Positions 1 through 10,966 of a stretch of 64,000 nt of DNA are shown in pieces. How positions within the stretch are numbered: the first letter of the stretch is position 1; each line of letters begins with the position of its first letter. The stretch comes from a virus, in IMG/VR virus record IMGVR_UViG_3300022602_000031, positions 32,001 to 96,000 of that record. One strand, given 5' to 3'. The notes below the pieces were generated by a model. It saw nothing but the letters and a program-made list of their open reading frames with translations, searched no databases and had not been told where the DNA came from. The translations under genes were made by a program, and so were the position numbers.

Positions 1-3000
1 ACCAGGGGCACCAACTGCTATCAAATTACCGGCTGTGGCAATACTGGTACCAAATTTTGAATCAGTGTTGGCTATTGTTCCAACAGCAGTATAACTGCCA
101 GCAGAGTTAGCAAATATTTGTACAGAGTTTGATCCAGGAGCGCCAACATAAATTTTGTTTAGGTCTGGACTAGCCGCAACTGTTGATCCAAGTAAGGCAT
201 TACTTGACGCAGAGTTAGCTGTTAATCTTTGTACGCTGTTTGCCGCCCAAGGACGGTTAAATGTATAAACACCCCATCCAATGTCGGTAGCATTATTAAC
301 CCATACGTGCTCGTTGGCTATAAAGTCATTGATTGGACGTACACTTTCAACATCTTTAATACTGTCAATTACGTAAGATGTTAGTGTGTAGACCTGTCCA
401 GAACCATAGGCAGGGCTTACGCTAATTAGATATCCCAACTTGGTTTTATCTTGTATCTGTATAGTAATGCTTAACTGATTTGGTATAGCAGTAACCTGGT
501 ATATACCATCCCAGTGCGGATTAAAGTTTTTAACTATAACAAACTCACCAACACTAAATGAGTGCGGATTGTTGAAAGTAAGTCTTGCATAGTTGTCTAG
601 AGAATATGTCAACTGTGTTGCTAATAAGTTTGTTTCGCTGACACGATATACGTTCCAGGCTTTATTAACATCCTTGGCTACCCAAATTTTATTGCCTGCT
701 ACTAGATTAAACACCTGACCATAATTAATTACATCAAAGATAGTGCCGTCAATGTCGTTGACGTTTACGTATCCTGCGTAAGGCATATCGTTTATATAAA
801 CAGAATTAAGTTCTCTGTTAGAGTATATGCTGGTACTTGTACTTTGAATGTTACTTGAGTTATAGACATTTGATGTTACAGTATTTCCTGTAACTGCTAA
901 ATTAACAACTATATTAGTAGGATCATAGTTGTCGGTTAATAATAAGCTAACTGGGTTAGTAGTGAATACACTTTGATCTAAAACTACTTCGGTAAATTTA
1001 TTATTGTCAATGTCGCCATAAGTACCAGAACGGAATGCCCATTCTTCATAGATACTGATGTTACCGGTTACGTTGTTAAAACTAGCACGAGTCAAGGCGT
1101 CAATACTATTCTTAGTACCTTTTTGTCGGATGTAGCCTTGATAGAACTTGGTTTGATTAGAGATGTTTACACCCAGGTCTGTCAAATATGAACGCTCGCG
1201 GAATCCTAGTAATCCAGCACTGAACTTTTGTAACATCTCATCTTGTGGCGGATTATCAATATCATAAATCTGTTCAAACACTTTGGCATTAGTACCAAAA
1301 CTTGGCAACAGTCCAGTCTGAATATTGCTTGATTTAATTTGTGTCCAATTGCCTGCGCCGAATAACTGACTGGCTGGAATATCTACCGCGGCCAGGAAAT
1401 AATTATTGTTAAATTTAACAATGTCTCCTAGTTTATAGTCAACACCTTCACTCCAATTTGATATCACTGGATTACTATAAACATAACCCGGCGCAGTTAG
1501 TCCGCCGTTCCAGTTACCAGTAATGGATCCTTTAATACCCAAACGATATTGACGGTTACCTAACTTAGGAACATATATAATATCACCAAAGTCATCTACG
1601 TTGTCAAATATTAATACGTGTTCGAGTTGTACTAGATTAAATTTACCATAGGCAATATTACTTCCATCAACAGTCGAAACCACTGTTTGATTTAATGTTG
1701 GAGTTTTAGAAGCTCTAACAATGTTAAATCTGTTGCTCTTAATAGGTACAAAATTTTGATCAAGTAAACGGCTACCGCCTGGTAGATTTGTAATTTCATC
1801 TACTACAGAATACGTAGAATTTAAAGTGATAGTATCAACAACTGGATTCAATACAATAATTGATCCAGTTGGGAAACCTTGCTGTATCCAATAGGCAAAT
1901 TCTTGTGCGCTTAGTTTAAAATCTCTTTGTAATTGTAAATCTTGATCGTATTGGTCAAATACAAATCCAGCACTACGTAAATATCTTTCGTAGCTGATTA
2001 AAAAATCTACTACCTGTTGGCTAGTTGAAAATACAGTTCCGTAAGGAATATTAATTGATGTTGCCTGAGCATCTTTGTAAAAATTAAGAGTGCTGTCATT
2101 TACAGAAATTGTAGTTTTATTATTATTAGCAATACTTGGTGTAATAGTAAAAAACGGTGTAGTGGTATCATATCCTTTTACCATGTATCCAGTACTGGTT
2201 TTTTCAACCAACACCGCACTATAATTTACAGTGGTTGTAGTATTAGATTTGTTTAAGTAGACCTGATAGTTTTCATCTGGTATCAATACTGACGCATTTG
2301 TGCTACCGGGACTTGTTTGTTCTGCTGTTACACTAATTAATTTTTGATCAGTAAATCCAGCTGTTCTATAGGCCAATTGAACCGATAAGTTACTAAAATA
2401 GTCGTTGAGTTTAGTTACTGGATCAATACCCAAGTTCTTAATACTGTCGGCTATCCAATTGATATATCCGCTAGTACGCAATACGGTGCCAGATGTTGTG
2501 TCGCCATTAACTGCTAGTAAACTAGGATTAATTTTTTGATTATTAACGTTGCTTATATGCCCAGTCACTGGATTTACATAGAACCGGCTAATATCAAGTT
2601 GTGTGCCAAAGTATTCAGCTGGTTTGCTTAGAGCCAGTGCTACCTGTAGAGCATACGGGAAGTCACTGCTACGGCGCCAGGCCGTTTCAACTGGTCCTTG
2701 TTGTCCTACCGCATAGTCGCCGGCGGCGTCTCGAGTATTGTACTGTGTAGACAATGGAATATCTGTTGGTGGCAATAAATTACCATTGCGGTCCACTGGT
2801 ATAAATTTTGTTAGACCCGGACGAGCAAAACGTAGGTCTGTGTAATCATTGCCGTTGCCGCCGTTCCATACATAACCGGCTGCCAGGTCTTCCCACAATG
2901 TGGTATTGCCATTGGTATACGGCGCAGGACCATAATGTTCTTCCCACCAGGTTGGTTTTGAAGAAAGCCCTAACATTTCCCAAGGTGTCAAATCAGGAGT

Positions 3001-6000
3001 ATCTGTATCAAACCAATATTCGTATATTGCTCTCCAGCTACCCTGCAGTGGCGATCCATCGACTACATCAGAGAATCCTATTGCGTAGTTCCAGGTCCAA
3101 GGATTGTCTTGTTGATACCAACTGTTACTTGTATAATCTAAATTGTTATTGCCGACCCAACTCAAGAAATTCTGGCTTAATAATTTTGTTATACTTTCTA
3201 TAGTATATTCAGTTTTACGAAAACGACCAGGTATAATATCATAGAAGTCAATGATATTATTATTGTTGTCGGCTTTGATATTATTATAGATACGACGTTC
3301 AAGTTCTAGTAGATACTGGTCCCTGAAGTCACCAAACGCCGGGGTAATCGAGCCATCGTGGCCGCGAATAACCGACTGTGCAGTTTGATATGTGATGTCG
3401 GTATAAATTTCCGGTACGTACTTTGGAAATAATCCCAACTTAGTTGGTGTTTCAGGAATATAGTTACCGTCGGTAGTTGAGTAGTCACGTAAGGTAATTG
3501 TATCGTTGTTTTGTAGTGCAGTTAAAAATGTAATAGCTGGACTATTTAAACTAAACTCATAGTCTACCCCAACTGTTAATTGAGTGGTTACTCCAGCTCT
3601 AGTTAAATAAACTAGTATCGCACGATTACTTAATTCAGTATTGTTAAAAATTGTACTGATTTCATATTTGGTCTGACGAGAGTTTAATACGGTGTAGGTA
3701 ATTGTAGTATAGTTCTCGCCTTGTGGTACCATATCACTATAATACCAAGGATAGCTGTTATTTTTAATACTATTGATATTGGCTAAAATTGTGTCTACAC
3801 CAGACACTGGATCTTTATAATCAATGGTAGTTAATGTACCGCATAAACTTAAAAATTTATTTTTAAATTTAGTGTATTCTTTTCTTGCCAAATCAACTGC
3901 GTTGATAAAATTAACACTAGGGTCATTTAAGAACGCAGTAGCATATACTACTGGACTGCTTTGTTGTAATAATGTACCACCTTGTGCTTTAATGTAACTA
4001 TCATGCAGTGGTCGGTTTCCTGTTACTGTTGCCGCTGTGTTTTCTATTAATTTAGTATAGTGATTTCTAATTTGACCTAGAGTTACTGTATCAAAATTTT
4101 CGTTTAATGGATTGTAATTTAGGTTATCGGGAACTTCATAATATGCGATTGTGCTGGCATTATTACTATAGATTTTAATGTCTATTTTATCGTGGACTGC
4201 AGGAATACTAGTAAACAACAACACATCATACACACCATATTTGGTTATTTGATAATCTGTTGTAGCTGTCAACAGTTTGTTATTTAGGTAAACTTTTACA
4301 TAAGGAATAGTTGCTTGGTCGGCGGGTAATATATCAAGTTGTAAAAACGCATATTCAACATTGTTGATGGTTACTACGTGTCCGTCAAAGAAACGTGTAA
4401 ACACCTGATACTGATGTGTTGGTTCAACACCAACAATCCAGTTATTGAATTTTTCGCTTGACAATAAACCAGAATTCTTTTTAATATATCCGCTGTTACA
4501 GTCTTTGGCGCCACCGGTATAGGTAAATGAGTCTGTGTCATAGTAATTTTGGAATACAATATCGCCAATGTTGTTAAAGTTTTGATACTTTAAGGGAAAG
4601 CCTAATATGCTGTCATTGGTTCCTGTGGCAGTAGCGTAGCCAAAGAATTTTGTTCCAGCAAACGTGCTAGCAGGATACATTGTAGTGTCACCAAAGCTAT
4701 ATCCGTCAGCATCAACTAAATCAAATAGTGGTGCCTGATTAAAGGTTGTTTTTGCCTGGCATTCTAACCAACTTGCTGTCGCGCCAACGTAACTAAAAAT
4801 TTTATTTGCGTTGGCACCAGAGTTAACAAATATAGTTTCCCCGTCAAGTACAGGATCGTCCGCAGTTAGTACCAGTCGTATAAAGTTGCGACTATTAATA
4901 CTTTCAATGCTAACCGTATAGATATTGTTTGTTACGTTAATGTCGTAGTCATTGGAGAAAATAATACGTAGTCCTGGAGTTAATGTAACTCCATCTAAAG
5001 TATATGTAATTTGTCCTTCAATTTCAGCAAAGGCGTCAGTTGATGCTGTAATAAACAAATCAACTTTGGTTTTTGCCTGACGGCCAAATTGCCATAACTG
5101 AATGTCGGGCTCAAACTCAATGATAGGTCTACGGGCCTGTATTACTGGACCATAGTTGATAGTTGCCTGATTATTGTAACCAGCGGCGGCGGCTAAAACA
5201 TCTTTGTGGAACCAACGATTAGTAGCTGACCAACTGTTACCATCTTGGCTAGCACGATTGATAGTAATATAATCGCCTGTGCTAGAAACTAAACTACTTA
5301 GGCCCGGTGGAACTGTTAGTCCGGCAACAGGAACTAGAGTAATACTTTGTCCTACACCTTCTACATAATATTGTTTAAGAGCATAGGTGCTTGGAGTTAC
5401 AAGACTGTCAAATTGTATTAGTAGGCCATTGGTAAAAATAACACCGTTAGGACTGGTATAGCCAATTTGTCCAACGATATCATTGTCAACATCAATTGGT
5501 ACTGTAGAGTTGTCGACTATTTTGATTTCGCCGGTGAAATCACCAGTGTTAGCATCTTGATAGTAGAGATACTCTTTTACAGATGTGATAGGAGGAATAA
5601 CCTTGTACTGATAGGTGTTTTCTAACCAAAACGCAGTACTCGCATAAGTTTTGCCGCCTTTGACAAAGACCTTTTGTCTTGGTAGCACTGGACCGTATGG
5701 TTCAAGTTGTATTACAAAGTCGCCGGCCAAGGTTGGCACTAATATTAATTGCCAAATACCAGTACGTGTTGCTTGTGGCACAACGCCACCTGATGTTAGT
5801 GTAATCTGGCTGTTGGTAAATTCTGCTGGTAGATCGGGAGTAGTCCAATCATTGTCATCAATTAGATTGCCAACAAAAATAAAAGTTTTATTTTGTAGTA
5901 GATTGCTAACTCCATCGAGTCCGTCTGGGAACTCTACTAAGAAGTCACTGAGTAGTCTGTTTTGTATTTTTGTATAGCTGTAGGCAAAAGCAGTATCAAC

Positions 6001-6765
6001 CTGACCGGCCACTGGCATTAGAGTGTAAAAGTCTTGTGCTGTAGTCTGCGGAACACTAAATGTAATTGTTCCTTTGTCTGTGCCGTTGTTTTTAACTCCA
6101 AAAACATCTCGAGTAGTCAATGTTGGAACATTAGGATCTGTTCCTGTAATGCCAGGCTCACTTTGAATCCAAAATGGATTGCCTGGTTGGTCAACTATAA
6201 ATTTATAAGTGCCGCCGCGAGCCAGAGTAATTTGTGTATTAGGATGACCGCCAAGTGTACTAAATGTATATCCACCAACATCAGTATTGCGTGTTACTAT
6301 GTAGGTTGCTTCGTATGGTGTTGTGCCTGCTGTTACATTAACAGAGTCTGGACCATTGGGCATCCAATAGTAATCGCTGTAATTAATAAACTTATCGTAG
6401 TCAAAATGTCCGTCGTAGTTGTAATATTCTGATCCAAACAACTTTTGATGATCGGTAACTGATCCATTATTTGTTTGTACTGAGCGTAGTAAATCAATAT
6501 AGCCAGCATTAAAAACAATATTTTTATCAGAGTCCTTGATGACAACACTGGGCTCAAGTTGGTAATCTTGTCGTCCGCCTGACAATTCAGGAACATAGTT
6601 ATCGCCTAGTTTATATGTAGGAGCAAACTTGCGCCCAATGTAGCCACTGATAGGACGTTTTACTGGGTCTGCTATTAATTGATCAACTGTTGCGCCAAGG
6701 AAACGTTGGTTGGCAGAACTTCTGAATACTTCAGGTAAAAAATTAAGTGAACTAATTTGTGCCAT
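1..6765 (-). CDS. Giant virion structural protein (>2255 aa, 3'-truncated by window edge), with FG-GAP-like repeats near the window edge
   Basis: Not in ORF track. ATG at 6765-6763 overlaps the upstream stop (TAATG). Spot translations are open and in one frame: start MAQISSLNFLPEVFRSSANQRFLGATVDQL, at 3301-3360 HDGSITPAFGDFRDQYLLEL, at 1-60 SKFGTSIATAGNLIAVGAPG (FG-GAP-like). Not every codon was checked. Confidence 0.85.
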   Translation of the reverse strand, partial: MAQISSLNFLPEVFRSSANQRFLGATVDQLIADPVKRPISGYIGRKFAPTYKLGDNYVPELSGGRQDYQLEPSVVIKDSDKNIVFNAGYIDLLRSVQTNNGSVTDHQKLFGSEYYNYDGHFDYDKFINYSDYYWMPNGPDSVNVTAGTTPYEATYIVTRNTDVGGYTFSTLGGHPNTQITLARGGTYKFIVDQPGNPFWIQSEPGITGTDPNVPTLTTRDVFGVKNNGTDKGTITFSVPQTTAQDFYTLMPVAGQVDTAFAYSYTKIQNRLLSDFLVEFPDGLDGVSNLLQNKTFIFVGNLIDDNDWTTPDLPAEFTNSQITLTSGGVVPQATRTGIWQLILVPTLAGDFVIQLEPYGPVLPRQKVFVKGGKTYASTAFWLENTYQYKVIPPITSVKEYLYYQDANTGDFTGEIKIVDNSTVPIDVDNDIVGQIGYTSPNGVIFTNGLLIQFDSLVTPSTYALKQYYVEGVGQSITLVPVAGLTVPPGLSSLVSSTGDYITINRASQDGNSWSATNRWFHKDVLAAAAGYNNQATINYGPVIQARRPIIEFEPDIQLWQFGRQAKTKVDLFITASTDAFAEIEGQITYTLDGVTLTPGLRIIFSNDYDINVTNNIYTVSIESINSRNFIRLVLTADDPVLDGETIFVNSGANANKIFSYVGATASWLECQAKTTFNQAPLFDLVDADGYSFGDTTMYPASTFAGTKFFGYATATGTNDSILGFPLKYQNFNNIGDIVFQNYYDTDSFTYTGGAKDCNSGYIKKNSGLLSSEKFNNWIVGVEPTHQYQVFTRFFDGHVVTINNVEYAFLQLDILPADQATIPYVKVYLNNKLLTATTDYQITKYGVYDVLLFTSIPAVHDKIDIKIYSNNASTIAYYEVPDNLNYNPLNENFDTVTLGQIRNHYTKLIENTAATVTGNRPLHDSYIKAQGGTLLQQSSPVVYATAFLNDPSVNFINAVDLARKEYTKFKNKFLSLCGTLTTIDYKDPVSGVDTILANINSIKNNSYPWYYSDMVPQGENYTTITYTVLNSRQTKYEISTIFNNTELSNRAILVYLTRAGVTTQLTVGVDYEFSLNSPAITFLTALQNNDTITLRDYSTTDGNYIPETPTKLGLFPKYVPEIYTDITYQTAQSVIRGHDGSITPAFGDFRDQYLLELERRIYNNIKADNNNNIIDFYDIIPGRFRKTEYTIESITKLLSQNFLSWVGNNNLDYTSNSWYQQDNPWTWNYAIGFSDVVDGSPLQGSWRAIYEYWFDTDTPDLTPWEMLGLSSKPTWWEEHYGPAPYTNGNTTLWEDLAAGYVWNGGNGNDYTDLRFARPGLTKFIPVDRNGNLLPPTDIPLSTQYNTRDAAGDYAVGQQGPVETAWRRSSDFPYALQVALALSKPAEYFGTQLDISRFYVNPVTGHISNVNNQKINPSLLAVNGDTTSGTVLRTSGYINWIADSIKNLGIDPVTKLNDYFSNLSVQLAYRTAGFTDQKLISVTAEQTSPGSTNASVLIPDENYQVYLNKSNTTTTVNYSAVLVEKTSTGYMVKGYDTTTPFFTITPSIANNNKTTISVNDSTLNFYKDAQATSINIPYGTVFSTSQQVVDFLISYERYLRSAGFVFDQYDQDLQLQRDFKLSAQEFAYWIQQGFPTGSIIVLNPVVDTITLNSTYSVVDEITNLPGGSRLLDQNFVPIKSNRFNIVRASKTPTLNQTVVSTVDGSNIAYGKFNLVQLEHVLIFDNVDDFGDIIYVPKLGNRQYRLGIKGSITGNWNGGLTAPGYVYSNPVISNWSEGVDYKLGDIVKFNNNYFLAAVDIPASQLFGAGNWTQIKSSNIQTGLLPSFGTNAKVFEQIYDIDNPPQDEMLQKFSAGLLGFRERSYLTDLGVNISNQTKFYQGYIRQKGTKNSIDALTRASFNNVTGNISIYEEWAFRSGTYGDIDNNKFTEVVLDQSVFTTNPVSLLLTDNYDPTNIVVNLAVTGNTVTSNVYNSSNIQSTSTSIYSNRELNSVYINDMPYAGYVNVNDIDGTIFDVINYGQVFNLVAGNKIWVAKDVNKAWNVYRVSETNLLATQLTYSLDNYARLTFNNPHSFSVGEFVIVKNFNPHWDGIYQVTAIPNQLSITIQIQDKTKLGYLISVSPAYGSGQVYTLTSYVIDSIKDVESVRPINDFIANEHVWVNNATDIGWGVYTFNRPWAANSVQRLTANSASSNALLGSTVAASPDLNKIYVGAPGSNSVQIFANSAGSYTAVGTIANTDSKFGTSIATAGNLIAVGAPG

Positions 6766-9700
6766 TAACGAATTCCTATTAGAGGATTACCAAGATTTAG
6801 TGTTGCCGCTGTTACTGCGGATACTACTTCAATGTCATTTACTGTTGCGGCGCTGGTAATGATCTCCCAAGGCTCTGCGTCAATTTGGAAATAATTACCA
6901 AATACTAATGTAGCATCTGTAGGAACAATTAATACGCTGGCAATGTTTGGGGCCAGTGTTGCGTGTAAGTATCCAGCCAGTTCGCTAAAATAAAAAGTAT
7001 CGCCAAAGTCCCAATTAGCCACATCAAAATATTGATTAATTGCGGCAATAACCTGGCTCTTAACTTCGTTATCAGTAATCTGTACGCTTGGATTTACCAC
7101 TACCTGGAAGCGTGCCTGGAACGCAGGATTGGCCTTGGCACCAAACAATGGTTTAAATTGTGCGGCATTGTATATTAAGCTGTCGCTAACGGTTTTATAA
7201 TTGTCTAGCCCACTGTAGCTTAATTCAAGGCTAGCACTAGTTGGTGCTGTGGGTTTAGATACTTTACCAGTTAAATCACGTAACCAATTGATGTAACTTG
7301 TAGTGTAGTCAGCAGTTAAAATATATAAATCAATTAAGTTAACCGGTGTTGGGTCAATACGATTGCGACTTGGTGTATTGTGTTTGTATTGGAAATACAA
7401 ACTGCGGTTTGGTGCTGACGAATCGTATATTGTAGTAAATAGGTCAGGATTGTCTGGCACCTGTTCCATTTGGCTTTCGGGGCATTTTACTAAAACCTGT
7501 GCTGTATCAACATACCCATCTTCTTGTGTTACATTATTATAGATTACCCAGGTAGAGTCTGATCCCAACGGAGAACTACTGCCAGGCTGATTGTTAATTT
7601 TTAATATTTTAATAATGTCGTTAATATTTGTTCCAGTGGCACTACTGTAAACAGTACTGTTTGGATCATAATAGAATTTTGTAGCACCAGCTGATAAGAA
7701 ACTATAAGTTAGTTTTCTGTAGTCAACATAGTACAGGCCTTGGCGATAGCTGAAACGCAACATCCAATCTGTACTAGCACCAATGTCGGCTGTGGCTATG
7801 TTTTCCCAGGTCTGTGTGGTTTGATTGTAGCGTAGACCAAAATTAACTTTAGCTTTAGACTGTGCGGCCAACGTAGAAATAAGTGCGTTGCTTAGATCAT
7901 TTTTATAAGTTGGAATAATTGTTGTTACTACAGCACCAGTTGGCACTACTGTACCAAATGTAACCTGACTTGGGAGAACGCTATTGTTATTGCCCACTGT
8001 TGCGGTAACTGCGGCCCAGAATGTATAACTGTCTTCAGGAGTTTGTGGAGTACCACTGACAATTTGGTGTTGCTCATTAAAATAATGTCCAGCTGGGGCA
8101 GTAAATTTAATCAAACTTCCTACTGTGACATACTGTAGATTTGTGTTAATGCCGGCGCCAATTTGTTGTGTTAGTCCGCTGACCTGTAGGAACCCAGAAC
8201 TAGTTGATGTAGTACTAGTAGTAGATTGAGCAAACACAAGGTTAGCCGGTGCGGCGTATCGTGAGTAATTTTGATAATAGTAGTTACGCATTTCTGTGCT
8301 GGTCATTAGCGGAACAATATCATTGTATATTGTTGCGTAGATATCTGTTGCTGACAAGAAATCAAATGTGTAGGTACTGTAGTCGCTGGCGCCGCCGCCA
8401 GCGGCAATTAATTGTCCGTCATCACCAAAAATATTTGTAGTTGAATAGCTACCAGTTGGATCAATAGCATCAAGGTAAAGACTTACACCCGAGCTTGTAC
8501 GATTAACCGCTTTAATCTTTTGAATACTGTTATAGTTAGTCAGCGGGAAGATATTGTAATCTTCACCGGTGATCATACGATTTTGTGTGTAGTATTGTTG
8601 TGGTGCACTTGTTTTAATACTAGCCAATGTTTGGCTGGACGCGGCATTGGTTACTGTGTATTTTAAACTAGCAACAAATGTCAATGTTTCAACATTGTTA
8701 TTTCGTCCCACATAAGGAATAGCAACAATTACACTACTTAAATCATCAGGAGTAATACTATAGCTCAGTGCGTTACTAGTACGATAGTAAAAACGGAAAC
8801 CACCTTGTGGAATACTAGCAAATGATCCATCACCAAATATTAAATTAACTTGGTCATTGTTTAATGTGTTGACCTGATATAAATTTTTATTAGTCAATTG
8901 ATTGTAAATTACATTAACACCTGTGATTGTTGGGACTGCTGACCATTTTGTCTGCGGATTTCCGTTAACCCCAAGTTGGTATAACCAAAAGTCTGTATTG
9001 TTGATGTTACTGGTTGGAACAGTTACATAGTTATTTGGAATACTGTTTTGTACATTGAAGTTAGTGGCCTGTAGGCTACCTTGTTTGAAATATAAAAAGA
9101 ATCCAGTATTGTTACTACCATTACCGTTGTTGTCGTTGCGATACAGTATGTTAAACTTACCAATTGTAGTTGGGTCTGCTTCGTAGATATAACTTTCGCC
9201 TACTGTTGTTGCGCTTACTGCTTCAAATCCCATTGGTGTTCCGTTGATCGCGGCAGAAAAACTAGCAGTAGGAAGATTGGCGCTGTTTAGACTAACTGAG
9301 TATTCGTCAGTTTGTATACCATTGATAAGTTGGCTGTTGCCAGGTTTACCAATTGCCTGATTTGTGTTTAGTGTAGCATTTAGAATTGTGTTGAACTGTT
9401 CTAACCAATTGTCGTTGGTTAGGTCATTCCAATGTACGGTGTTGTTTGCCAGGTTATTGCCGTTGCTGTCGTAGACTGTTTCAGTAGTAGCAATACTGTC
9501 AATTTTTAATAAGCCACTGGCACTGGTACTGCGCTGTGGATTATAGGCCAGCATACGTGCTAGTTTAAGGATACTGTCACGGCGCTGTGCTGTATCAATA
9601 AAGTTTTCGCGAGCATTTAAATCTGTGCGGAAACTTAGGCTTTGTCCCAAAAAGCAAAGTACGTCAATCAATGCTAGAAACTCTGAGCTTTCTAAGAAGT

Positions 9701-9860
9701 CGTTAAATGTTTCTGGGTAATAGGTCTTGATATAATTTATCATGCTATTACGCAGAGTTTCAAAGTCGTAGCTGACAAAGTCAGCATTAGTAAATGCTTG
9801 ATAAACCTTAGTCCAATCTTGTTCTACTAGTAGATTGGTTTGACGTGTAGTTTGGGACAT
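6765..9860 (-). CDS. gp6: Baseplate wedge subunit, T4 gp6-like
   Basis: N-terminal DFETLRNSMINYI...ENFIDTAQRRDSILKLARMLAYNP resembles the gp6/baseplate J N-terminus; lies next to a gp25-like gene. Confidence 0.8.
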   Translation of the reverse strand: MSQTTRQTNLLVEQDWTKVYQAFTNADFVSYDFETLRNSMINYIKTYYPETFNDFLESSEFLALIDVLCFLGQSLSFRTDLNARENFIDTAQRRDSILKLARMLAYNPQRSTSASGLLKIDSIATTETVYDSNGNNLANNTVHWNDLTNDNWLEQFNTILNATLNTNQAIGKPGNSQLINGIQTDEYSVSLNSANLPTASFSAAINGTPMGFEAVSATTVGESYIYEADPTTIGKFNILYRNDNNGNGSNNTGFFLYFKQGSLQATNFNVQNSIPNNYVTVPTSNINNTDFWLYQLGVNGNPQTKWSAVPTITGVNVIYNQLTNKNLYQVNTLNNDQVNLIFGDGSFASIPQGGFRFYYRTSNALSYSITPDDLSSVIVAIPYVGRNNNVETLTFVASLKYTVTNAASSQTLASIKTSAPQQYYTQNRMITGEDYNIFPLTNYNSIQKIKAVNRTSSGVSLYLDAIDPTGSYSTTNIFGDDGQLIAAGGGASDYSTYTFDFLSATDIYATIYNDIVPLMTSTEMRNYYYQNYSRYAAPANLVFAQSTTSTTSTSSGFLQVSGLTQQIGAGINTNLQYVTVGSLIKFTAPAGHYFNEQHQIVSGTPQTPEDSYTFWAAVTATVGNNNSVLPSQVTFGTVVPTGAVVTTIIPTYKNDLSNALISTLAAQSKAKVNFGLRYNQTTQTWENIATADIGASTDWMLRFSYRQGLYYVDYRKLTYSFLSAGATKFYYDPNSTVYSSATGTNINDIIKILKINNQPGSSSPLGSDSTWVIYNNVTQEDGYVDTAQVLVKCPESQMEQVPDNPDLFTTIYDSSAPNRSLYFQYKHNTPSRNRIDPTPVNLIDLYILTADYTTSYINWLRDLTGKVSKPTAPTSASLELSYSGLDNYKTVSDSLIYNAAQFKPLFGAKANPAFQARFQVVVNPSVQITDNEVKSQVIAAINQYFDVANWDFGDTFYFSELAGYLHATLAPNIASVLIVPTDATLVFGNYFQIDAEPWEIITSAATVNDIEVVSAVTAATLNLGNPLIGIR

Positions 9861-9909
9861 AATATTTTACCTATATTCAGTATTTATCAGGTAAAATTAT
9901 ATGGTATGT

Positions 9910-10299
9910 TTATTGTGTGGAGAAATTACTGAGTAGTTGTTGTGCTGACTTGTCAAAAGTCAAATTTAATACCGCTGTTTGGCTAGTAGGCACAAAAGTC
10001 AACGAAAGTTGTATCATATAGCCTTTGTCTTGTTGTGTAACCGAAACCTGGCCTACCTGTAGTCTAGGATCATAGCTGACAATACGTGTAATATCTTCGG
10101 TTATAGTAGCCTGAGTATCGTCGGTAAGTGGCTCAAACAACATATTCCAAATAATAGTACCAAATGTTGGCTGCATTAGGCGTTCGCCTTTGCGAGTTTG
10201 GAAATAATTTAATAAGTCTTGTCGTGCCAACTCAAAGTCAGTTAAACTGTACTTTTTTTGATTTTGGAGTGTACTAAATCCGCGATATGTAATAGGCAT
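9910..10299 (-). CDS. gp25: Baseplate wedge / sheath-initiator protein, GPW/gp25 family
   Basis: DLLNYFQTRKGERLMQPTFGTIIWNMLFEPL...IVSYDPRL is the typical gp25 signature. Confidence 0.9.
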   Translation of the reverse strand: MPITYRGFSTLQNQKKYSLTDFELARQDLLNYFQTRKGERLMQPTFGTIIWNMLFEPLTDDTQATITEDITRIVSYDPRLQVGQVSVTQQDKGYMIQLSLTFVPTSQTAVLNLTFDKSAQQLLSNFSTQ

Positions 10300-10306
10300 A
10301 TTGTAT

Positions 10307-10966
10307 TTATTGTGTTAAAACTGTTACAGCATAGCGGCCAGTATTATAGCTGTCGGCGCCTGCCCCTACATTAAAATATCTCCAGGCCCAGGCTCCTGTT
10401 CCGGTACCAGCCTGACTATTGCTCTGTGTGCCTATTCCCAATCCCAGTGTTACATATAGCATACCACCAACGATATCGGCAGAGTCTGTGTCAGTTATCA
10501 CGTTGATCTTTTTAGCATTTAAATAGGTTGTGTTTAAAATTTGATAGATCAAATGATCTTGTGCTGTAGAGTTATTTAAAAACTCGCCAAGACTGTTGAT
10601 ATTGTAAAAATATGTTGTTGCTGTGCCAGTGTTAATATATTTAGGACTCCAGCAATGGCGATAATTTACACAGGCATTGCCGTATTGTTTGTTGCTACCA
10701 CTGGCTAGTAGTCCGTAGTCTTCTAATACTTGTGGTGCTATTTGATAACGTCCAACTTCATTATTTGTGCCAATTTTTGTATAATCCCAGGCACTAGCAT
10801 CATATCCAATTTGTGCTACTAATGCTCGTGCCTGCCCGGGCGTTAATTGAGTTATAGCTGTATCCAACGGTTGTGCTATTGGCATTGTATTTTTGCCCAG
10901 CCAGGTTTGTGGTAGTGGGGTAGGTACAACACCACCGGCTGCCGCTTGAATACCAATGTCAGTCAT
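10307..10966 (-). CDS. Baseplate-associated protein, possible lysozyme-like fold
   Basis: 219-aa ORF between the gp5-like and gp25-like genes; GRYQI motif resembles lysozyme-like G-x-Y-Q motifs. Confidence 0.45.
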   Translation of the reverse strand: MTDIGIQAAAGGVVPTPLPQTWLGKNTMPIAQPLDTAITQLTPGQARALVAQIGYDASAWDYTKIGTNNEVGRYQIAPQVLEDYGLLASGSNKQYGNACVNYRHCWSPKYINTGTATTYFYNINSLGEFLNNSTAQDHLIYQILNTTYLNAKKINVITDTDSADIVGGMLYVTLGLGIGTQSNSQAGTGTGAWAWRYFNVGAGADSYNTGRYAVTVLTQ

